Positions 23,336 through 29,778 of a DNA stretch of 32,000 nucleotides are shown here, one piece after another (position 1 is the first letter of the stretch; each line of letters opens with the position of its first letter). A program made the position numbers and the translations under genes. The notes under the pieces are model-generated. The model was not told the DNA's origin and searched no databases. It saw only the letters and a program-made list of their open reading frames with translations. This stretch comes from Comamonadaceae bacterium (lineage in GTDB: Bacteria > Pseudomonadota > Gammaproteobacteria > Burkholderiales > Burkholderiaceae_C), in NCBI GenBank assembly GCA_947476465.1, contig CANJQN010000009.1, positions 52,611 to 84,610 on the forward strand, in the 5' to 3' direction.

Positions 23336-25105
23336 TCAGCTTACAAGGCCGAGTTCGCGCGCCTTGATCTGCAGCGCCACGTAGTGAGAAAAGATGCGCG
23401 CCTGTGACAGACCGCTACCGAGGAACCACAGGCCCTTCTGGGCTGTCGGCTTGTACATGTTTGCCAGTTCACCGTCCTGGTCTATCCCCCAGATCGGCCC
23501 GACCTTGTTGGCCACCGGGTCACCCAGGAGCTCACGCACAACCTCCAACTGGCTCTGGTAACCGGTCGCTGTCACCACCAGATCGGCCTTCTCGACGCGG
23601 CCATCCTTCATGAGCAAGCCATCGGCCACGAAACGGTCGACGTCCTCATCGTGGATGAGACCCACTTTTCCGTCGACGATCAACTCCGAGCAGCCGCAGT
23701 TGAGGTAGTAGCCGCTGTGTGTTCGGCGCACCTTCATCAGGTAGCCGGTACCATCGTCTCCGATATCGAGCTTGAAGCCGCGCGCCTGAAGGCCATCCAG
23801 CAGTTTCTTGTCCATTTCCTGCTGCCGCTGCGTGACCAGTTGTGCGCCCCGCACAGCCAGCGGGTAGGTGGCGGACACGGAGATCAGGTCGGCGTCCTCG
23901 ATAGGAATGCCCTCATCGTAATAGGTGGGGTAGGCCAGGCAGGCGGCCTCGACGCTCACGATCGTGATCGAGCCGCGCTGGATCATCTTGACGTTGGCGC
24001 CATGGCTGTAAAGGTCCTGCGCAATGTCGTGGCCGCTGGTCCCTGCACCCAGCACCAGGGTGTTCTTGCCGCGCCATGCCGCGCCGTCCTTGAAGGCATG
24101 CGTGTGCTGCACCACGCCCTTGAAATCTTCGAGCCCTGGCCGATTGGGCGTCTTGGGTGCGCCGACGATGCCGTTGGCGAGGATCAGATGCCTGGGCTTG
24201 AGCACACGCTCGGTGCCATCTGCGCGGCGAACCCGTGCGATCCACTGGCCTGCGGCTTCGTCGTACTCGCCACTGACGAAGGTGGTGCTGGTCCAGACGT
24301 TGCACTCCATGGCCCACGCATAGGTCTCGATCCAGTTGGCGACCATGTCCTTGGCGAGGTACTTCGGCCAGGTGGCCGGAAACGGCATGTAGGCCATGTG
24401 GTTGAGGGCGACCTGGTTGTGCAGCGCCAGCGAGTGGTAGCGTTGGCGCCAGGCGTCGCCGACGCGGGGCAGCTTGTCGATGCACAGCGCCTCGACGCCC
24501 ATCAGCCTCAAGCGCGCTGCCGTGGACAGGCCCGTCTGGCTGGCGCCGATGATCAGCACGGCCGGGTCTCGATCATCGAATGCCTGTTCCTTGGCGCGGC
24601 GGTCTGTCCAGTTGTCGCCGCCGAACTCGCGCGAGTAGGCCGAACCACTGGGCCGACGGTCGCCGGCGGCGGGCTCGAAGCCCTTGAGTTCTTGCAGCGA
24701 AGTCATCAGCACCCAGGCCTGGGACGGCTGCGCCTGCGGTAACCGCAGCAGCCCATGGCCGCGCCCGCTGACGGTCTCGAAGGAAAAGACCGCCTCAATG
24801 ACCGGCACGCCGAGGCGCGAGACGCGCCGGGGGGGTGTGCGCTTTTCTGCGATCTTGAAGGCGCGTGCCGCAATCGTGTCTTGCGCAGCGAGCAGCCGAT
24901 CAACAATCGAGTCACGCGTGTCGTGCGGGGAGATGTTCCAGGTGAAGGCCAGCAGATCGCGCGAGTGACACTCGACACTGAAGAGTTCAGTCAGTCCATG
25001 CTGGTCGCGCTCCTGGAGCGCGCGCTCGAATCGTGACAGCCACTGCTCCACCAAGCCTGCATCGTTCACTGGTGCAAGAGTGACTCTCGACGAGACGTCA
25101 TTCAT
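23336..25105 (-). CDS. FMO-type class B flavoprotein monooxygenase with ~180-aa N-terminal extension (paralog 2)
   Basis: 589 aa, colinear with the 14688..16463 product. FKGVVQHTHAF (FxGxxxHxxxF), LGAGTSGHD. The first dinucleotide motif reads GASQTG rather than GxGxxG. GAGGAA RBS. Confidence 0.85.
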   Translation of the reverse strand: MNDVSSRVTLAPVNDAGLVEQWLSRFERALQERDQHGLTELFSVECHSRDLLAFTWNISPHDTRDSIVDRLLAAQDTIAARAFKIAEKRTPPRRVSRLGVPVIEAVFSFETVSGRGHGLLRLPQAQPSQAWVLMTSLQELKGFEPAAGDRRPSGSAYSREFGGDNWTDRRAKEQAFDDRDPAVLIIGASQTGLSTAARLRLMGVEALCIDKLPRVGDAWRQRYHSLALHNQVALNHMAYMPFPATWPKYLAKDMVANWIETYAWAMECNVWTSTTFVSGEYDEAAGQWIARVRRADGTERVLKPRHLILANGIVGAPKTPNRPGLEDFKGVVQHTHAFKDGAAWRGKNTLVLGAGTSGHDIAQDLYSHGANVKMIQRGSITIVSVEAACLAYPTYYDEGIPIEDADLISVSATYPLAVRGAQLVTQRQQEMDKKLLDGLQARGFKLDIGDDGTGYLMKVRRTHSGYYLNCGCSELIVDGKVGLIHDEDVDRFVADGLLMKDGRVEKADLVVTATGYQSQLEVVRELLGDPVANKVGPIWGIDQDGELANMYKPTAQKGLWFLGSGLSQARIFSHYVALQIKARELGLVS

Positions 25106-25120
25106 TAAGTTTCCTCACTT

Positions 25121-25145
25121 TCGATGCCCTGTCGACAAGCATCGA
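25121..25145. promoter_or_regulatory. Nested dyad TCGATGC-N11-GCATCGA (inner TGTCGACA) just upstream of the FMO paralog 2 start
   Basis: Read directly: tcgatgccctgtcgacaagcatcga, 16-40 nt upstream of the ATG at 25105, within a visibly AT-richer spacer. Candidate operator or leader hairpin. Confidence 0.25.
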
Positions 25146-25219
25146 TGCGCATGCAATGGCAGGACGATTGAATTTTGAGAATTTTAGGACCGGGATCTCG
25201 TCACACCTAGCCCGATAAG

Positions 25220-25235
25220 TGGCAAGGTCTCTTGC
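25220..25235. repeat. TGGCAAGGTC-T-CTTGC dyad (copy c of the recurrent intergenic hairpin motif)
   Basis: tggcaaggtctcttgc read directly, 20-35 nt beyond the receiver-gene stop (25255) on the transcribed minus strand. 5-bp stem, weak tail. Confidence 0.3.
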
Positions 25236-25254
25236 TCCGTTCGCAAAGCCGCCC

Positions 25255-25671
25255 TCAGGCCACCGGCCGGCCGTTCACCGCAGACGCCTTCAAAAAGCAC
25301 TGCCGCGCGCAATAGTCCACCAGGGCGTCGATCTCAGTGGACTTGTCGAACACCGCGTCGACGCCCAGCTGCGCGCAGCGCTTGCGCACACTGGCGCTCA
25401 CATAGTTGCTGAAGATCACCACCTTCTGGCTGGCGCGCCGGCCGGCCAGCTTTTGCACCAGGTGCATGCCGCTGCCTTGCTGCAGAAACAGGTCGACGAT
25501 CAGCAGGTCCCAATCGTTCGAGTGATCGGTCAGCCACACCAAGGCCTGCGCTTCGGTGCTGCTCATGTCCACCACCTTCACGGCGGTGAGCTCTTCGAGC
25601 GTGGCCACCAGGTTTTCGCGGATGGTCGCGTTGTCCTCGACGATAGAGGCATGCAAAAAAGTGGCCTGCAT
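25255..25671 (-). CDS. Stand-alone response regulator receiver (CheY-like, no output domain)
   Basis: ORF 25255..25707; I prefer Met13 (nt 25671). Receiver signature residues are present: IVEDN acidic pocket, LLIVDLFL phospho-acceptor Asp, VVIFSN, FDKS Lys. ~138 aa. Confidence 0.8.
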   Translation of the reverse strand: MQATFLHASIVEDNATIRENLVATLEELTAVKVVDMSSTEAQALVWLTDHSNDWDLLIVDLFLQQGSGMHLVQKLAGRRASQKVVIFSNYVSASVRKRCAQLGVDAVFDKSTEIDALVDYCARQCFLKASAVNGRPVA

Positions 25672-25861
25672 GAGGGTGCCATTTTCGAGGAAGCAAGTCG
25701 TTACCACTCTATCGGAGGCACTGTTGAGCCGGTACGGACGCTGTCGCCTTCAACTGTAGGACGCCACCTATCGCGCATCCGGCCGCCATGGCCGGGCTGT
25801 CGGGCCTTAACATGCGGGCATCCCCCGACACACGCCGCTGGCCGTGAACGCTTCAACACCC

Positions 25862-28336
25862 ATGCTCGAGCCGGGCGCGAGCTTCGTCGGCCTGCTCGAG
25901 CAGGCGACGCAAGCCGGGCTCTGGTCGCTTGAACCCGACACCGGGCAGGTGCGCTGGTCGCAGCGCCTTGCACTGATGCTTGGCGCGCCTGGCAGTTACA
26001 CGCCCGGCGCCGACGATGCCTTCGCCTTCGTGGCGCCCGAGTCCCGCGAGGACGTGCAGGCCCTGGTGCGGCGCTGTGCGCAGCAGGGGGAGCCTTTCGA
26101 TTGCGAGGTGCAGGTGCTGCGCCACGGCTCCAATCGCCGCGTGTGGGTGCGCCTGCTGGGCCAGGCGGTGCGTGACGCATCCTCGCGCGTGATCCGCGTC
26201 GAAGGCGCTGTGCAGCCGCTCGCGCAGAGCCCGCCAGCCGATGCCGATGCCAGTGGCGGCATGCTGCGCGACACCGCAGGCTGGGGACTGGCCGGCGAGG
26301 GCGGCGGCTTCGCCACGCTGGACCGCGAGGGCCGCTTCACCTACCTGAACGAGGAGGCCGAGCGCCTGATCGGGCAGGACGCCACGCAGCTGTCGGGCCG
26401 TCATGTCTGGAACATCTTTCAAAAGACCGTGCGCCTGCGCGCCGAGGAAGCGGTGCGCGCCGCGCTGGAGCAGCATCAGCCCCTGGACGTGGAAGAGCTC
26501 GACAGCCAACAGGGCCAATGGCTGGAGCTGCGGGGCCAGCCCTTCGCGGGCGGCCTGGCGCTGCATGTGCGCGACGTGACGCAGCGGCGCAAGGCGCAAG
26601 AGCAATTGCGCCTGCTCGAAGGCAGCATCGCGCGGCTGAATGACATCGTCATCATTACCGAGGCCAGCCCCTTCAACGAGCCCGGCCCGCGCATCGTGTT
26701 CGTCAACGAAGCCTTCGAGCGGCGCACCGGCTATGCGCGCGACGAGGTGCTGGGACGCTCGCCGCGCCTGCTGCGGGGCCCGATGACGCAGCGTGACCGC
26801 CTGAACCAGGTACGCGCCGCGGTGGAGCAATGGAAGCCGGTACGGGTTGACCTGCTCAACTACCGCAAAGACGGCTCCACCTTCTGGGTCGACCTGGACA
26901 TCTCCCCCGTTTGGGACAAGGCGCGCAAACTCACGCACTGGGTGGCGGTGGGGCGCGACGTCACCGAACGCAAGGCCAGCGAGGAGAAGATCCGTTACCT
27001 GGCTTTTTATGACGCGCTGACCCGGCTGCCCAATCGTCAGTTGCTGCTCGACCGGCTGCATGCCCTGCTGCTGCGTCGCGAGACCGGCGAGGGCGTGCTG
27101 ATGTTCATCGACCTGGACAACTTCAAGGTGCTCAACGACACGCTCGGCCACCAGAAAGGCGACCTGCTGCTGCAGCAGGTGGCCGACCGGCTGCGCGCCA
27201 GCGTGGACGAGGGCGACACGGTGGCGCGGCTGGGGGGTGACGAGTTCGTGGTGCTGATGCAGCCGCACGGCGGCACGCCCAGCCAGGTGCAGGCCGCCGC
27301 ACTGGCCGTGGCCAATCGCATCCTGGCCGCGCTCGGCGAGCCCTATGCCTTGCCGGGCTATCTGCACCATAGCACCTGCAGCATCGGCGTGACCTTGTTC
27401 GGGCGCACACCCTGGACCGTGAGCGAGCTGCTCAAGCAGGCCGACCTGGCCATGTACCAGGCCAAGCGCGCCGGCCGCAACACCGTGTGCTTTTTCGATC
27501 CCGACATGCAGGCCGTGGCCACTGCCAACGCGGCGCTCGCGGCGGACCTGCGGCAGGCGTGGCGCGAGGAGCAGTTCCTGCTGCACTACCAGCCGCAGGT
27601 GGATGCCCAGGGCCGCATGACTGGCGCCGAGGCGCTGCTGCGCTGGCGCCATCCGCAGCGCGGGCTGGTGCCGCCTTCGCAGTTCATCCCCACGGCGGAA
27701 GAAACCACGCTCATCCTCACCATCGGCCGCTGGGTGCTGGACCGCGCCTGCGAGCAGCTGGCCGTGTGGTCACAGCGGCCCGACCGGGCGCACCTGAGCG
27801 TGTCTGTGAACGTGAGCGCGCGGCAGTTCCGGCATCCCGAGTTTGTCGACGAAGTGCTCGACGCGGTGGCGCGCACCGGGATCACGCCGAGCAAGCTCAA
27901 GCTCGAACTCACCGAAACCCTGCTGCTGGATGGCTTCGATGTCGCAGTGGCCAAAATGGCCAGCATCAAGCGGATCGGCGTGGGCCTGGCCCTGGATGAT
28001 TTCGGGATGGGCTACTCGTCGCTGGCCTATCTCAAGCGACTGCCGCTCGATCAGCTCAAGATCGACCGCGAGTTCGTCAAGGACGTGCTCACCGACGCCA
28101 ACGACGCGGCGATCGCCCGCACCATCATCGGCCTGGCCCAGAGCCTTTCTCTGGACGTGGTGGCCGAGGGCGTCGAGACCGCAGCCCAGCGCGACTTTCT
28201 GGCCCGCCATGGCTGTGGCGGCTTTCAGGGCTACCTGTTCAGCGAGCCGGTGCCGCTGGACGAGCTGGAGGTCTTCATCGACCGCAACACCTGGGAGGCG
28301 TTCGAGCCTCAGGCCGATCGCGTCACCGGTTCATAG
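25862..28336 (+). CDS. PAS-PAS-PAS-GGDEF-EAL signalling protein (putative bifunctional diguanylate cyclase/c-di-GMP phosphodiesterase)
   Basis: ORF from GTG 25844; first ATG at 25862. Three PAS-like segments, intact GGDEF (RLGGDEFVV), and EAL motifs EALLRW, DDFGMGYSSLAYL, AEGVET. No TM segments noticed. Confidence 0.9.
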   Translation: MLEPGASFVGLLEQATQAGLWSLEPDTGQVRWSQRLALMLGAPGSYTPGADDAFAFVAPESREDVQALVRRCAQQGEPFDCEVQVLRHGSNRRVWVRLLGQAVRDASSRVIRVEGAVQPLAQSPPADADASGGMLRDTAGWGLAGEGGGFATLDREGRFTYLNEEAERLIGQDATQLSGRHVWNIFQKTVRLRAEEAVRAALEQHQPLDVEELDSQQGQWLELRGQPFAGGLALHVRDVTQRRKAQEQLRLLEGSIARLNDIVIITEASPFNEPGPRIVFVNEAFERRTGYARDEVLGRSPRLLRGPMTQRDRLNQVRAAVEQWKPVRVDLLNYRKDGSTFWVDLDISPVWDKARKLTHWVAVGRDVTERKASEEKIRYLAFYDALTRLPNRQLLLDRLHALLLRRETGEGVLMFIDLDNFKVLNDTLGHQKGDLLLQQVADRLRASVDEGDTVARLGGDEFVVLMQPHGGTPSQVQAAALAVANRILAALGEPYALPGYLHHSTCSIGVTLFGRTPWTVSELLKQADLAMYQAKRAGRNTVCFFDPDMQAVATANAALAADLRQAWREEQFLLHYQPQVDAQGRMTGAEALLRWRHPQRGLVPPSQFIPTAEETTLILTIGRWVLDRACEQLAVWSQRPDRAHLSVSVNVSARQFRHPEFVDEVLDAVARTGITPSKLKLELTETLLLDGFDVAVAKMASIKRIGVGLALDDFGMGYSSLAYLKRLPLDQLKIDREFVKDVLTDANDAAIARTIIGLAQSLSLDVVAEGVETAAQRDFLARHGCGGFQGYLFSEPVPLDELEVFIDRNTWEAFEPQADRVTGS

Positions 28337-29044
28337 CGGTGCGATCTGCAGCGGCGTGGTGGTCACCATGCGCGGCAAACGCATCACGATGCAACCCTTT
28401 TCCTGGCGCAGGTGCAGTGATTCGACATCGGCCAGTGCCTGCACGTCGGCCCAGTCCAGCAGCCGATAGGACGGCTCGAAGGGCATGGCCTCGCCCTGCG
28501 GCCGAGGCTGCCACTGCAGCGTCAGCACCACCATGCCGGCCGTGATGTCGCCGCACACCAGGGCCTCGCCCGGCCCGGCGGCCTGGTCGGTCAGGTGGAT
28601 CAGGCAGGCCAGCAGCATATGCCGCAGCAGCACGCGGGAGACATCGAAGTTGTTGGCGGGCAGCTCCGCGCGCAGCGTGACGCCGCGGAAGCTGAAGCTG
28701 CTGCGCACCAGCGCCAGGCTGGCCTCGACGCCTTCGCGCAGGCCGATGACCTCGTCTTCGGGCGGCTCGATCCAGCCCACCACCTTCAGGCAGTTCGCTA
28801 CGGCCTCGCGCGCCGTGCGGTGAATGCGGGCCAGGCTGTTTTGCAGCTCGGTCTGCGTCGGCATGCCGCGCTCCAGCCGGGCGCCCAGCAGTTCGCTCAT
28901 CATCGTGACGGCCTGCAGGTTGACCAACAGGTCGTGCTTGACGGCCGGGCCGAGGCGGCGCAGCACGGCGTAGCGCGCCGCCTCGGCCGCTGTGGCCGGG
29001 GATACCGCGGCGACGGATTCCGTGGCCGGGCTGAGCTCAGTCAT
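28331..29044 (-). CDS. Small soluble histidine-kinase-like protein: DHp H-box retained, catalytic ATP-binding boxes degenerate (pseudo-kinase or ChpT-like phosphotransferase candidate)
   Basis: 237 aa. H-box-like LGPAVKHDLLVNLQAV (His37). Where the N-box belongs it reads LLRHMLLACLIHLTDQA (no Asn). No DxGxG or GxGxG boxes. C-terminal beta-strand pattern LHLRQEKGCIVMRLP as in HATPase folds. 3' end overlaps the GGDEF-EAL gene by 6 nt. Confidence 0.55.
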   Translation of the reverse strand: MTELSPATESVAAVSPATAAEAARYAVLRRLGPAVKHDLLVNLQAVTMMSELLGARLERGMPTQTELQNSLARIHRTAREAVANCLKVVGWIEPPEDEVIGLREGVEASLALVRSSFSFRGVTLRAELPANNFDVSRVLLRHMLLACLIHLTDQAAGPGEALVCGDITAGMVVLTLQWQPRPQGEAMPFEPSYRLLDWADVQALADVESLHLRQEKGCIVMRLPRMVTTTPLQIAPL

Positions 29045-29208
29045 GCGAAGCGATCTCCTGCAGAGGCGGGCTTGTTTACTGATCGTTGGGGACTGGTAGA
29101 TTTGACAGTCGAGGTTGGAGCCACCGTGTCAGCAACCCACGGAGCCGTTTGTAGGAACAAGATTGCGTCTTACGACGTAGTCCCAACCTGCGCGCTATGC
29201 TCGGTTTC

Positions 29209-29778
29209 ATGAGCAAGGCCTTCACGCGCGAGATCGAAACGGATGAGGACGACGAAGTCGCCCTGCCGCCCCTGCCCGCGGGCTCGCGCAACTACATCAC
29301 GCCCACCGGCTATGCGTGCTTGCGCGCCGAGCTGATGCAGCTGATCGACCACGAACGGCCCAAGGTGGTCGAGGTGGTCCACTGGGCCGCCAGCAATGGC
29401 GACCGCTCGGAGAACGGTGATTACATCTATGGCAAGAAGCGCCTGCGCGAGATCGATCGGCGCATCCGCTTTCTGACCCAGCGCCTGGAACTGGCGGTAA
29501 TCGCCGACCCGACCGTCCACCACGGCGGTGACCAGATTTTCTTTGGCGCGACCGTGCGCTACGTTGAGGAAAACGGCACCGAGCGCAACATCACCATCGT
29601 CGGCATCGACGAGGCCGACAGTCTGCAGGGGCAGGTGAGCTGGATCGCACCGATTTCCCGGGCCTTGCTCAAGTCGCGCGTGGGCGACGTGGTCAAGCTG
29701 GTGACGCCTGCGGGCGTACAGGAGGTGGAGGTGCTGACGGTGCGCTACCCGGCACCAGGGGAGCGTGCGGGACGCTGA
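29209..29778 (+). CDS. greB: Transcription elongation factor GreB
   Basis: ORF 29197..29778; the ATG at 29209 gives MSKAFT.... WAASNGDRSENGDYIYGKKRLREIDRRIRFL is the conserved Gre coiled-coil tip with acidic residues. The C-terminal GreA/B domain is present. Confidence 0.9.
   Translation: MSKAFTREIETDEDDEVALPPLPAGSRNYITPTGYACLRAELMQLIDHERPKVVEVVHWAASNGDRSENGDYIYGKKRLREIDRRIRFLTQRLELAVIADPTVHHGGDQIFFGATVRYVEENGTERNITIVGIDEADSLQGQVSWIAPISRALLKSRVGDVVKLVTPAGVQEVEVLTVRYPAPGERAGR

Noticed and set aside
23651-24742. 363-aa plus-strand ORF antisense to FMO paralog 2 (analogous ORFs lie opposite paralog 1)
   Set aside because: It is an antisense shadow frame. Its apparent conservation between the two loci simply mirrors the sense-strand paralogy.
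25220-25235. Reading dyad copies b (2323) and c (25220) as sigma54 promoters, as for copy a
   Set aside because: Their GG-to-GC spacing is one nt too long (N11 instead of N10). In the only orientation that gives the TGGCA...TTGC order, they would fire antisense into the 3' ends of the Ldh_2 gene (copy b) and the receiver gene (copy c), which lie just downstream on the plus strand. A stem-loop or protein-site interpretation is kept instead.
26627-26971. Third PAS domain looks LOV-like (VFVNEAFERRTGYARDEVLGRSPRLLRGP...LLNYRKDGSTFW), suggesting a blue-light photoreceptor
   Set aside because: The adduct-forming Cys of the LOV NCRFLQ motif is Pro here (GRSPRLLRG; codon CCG at 26762-26764). Canonical flavin-cysteinyl photochemistry is therefore not expected, and this PAS subtype without the Cys is common in GGDEF/EAL proteins.
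25853-27652. 599-aa minus-strand ORF antisense to the PAS-GGDEF-EAL gene; also ORF 25219..25932 (+) antisense to the receiver gene
   Set aside because: Both are shadow ORFs opposite genes with unambiguous domain signatures, and neither resembles any family.
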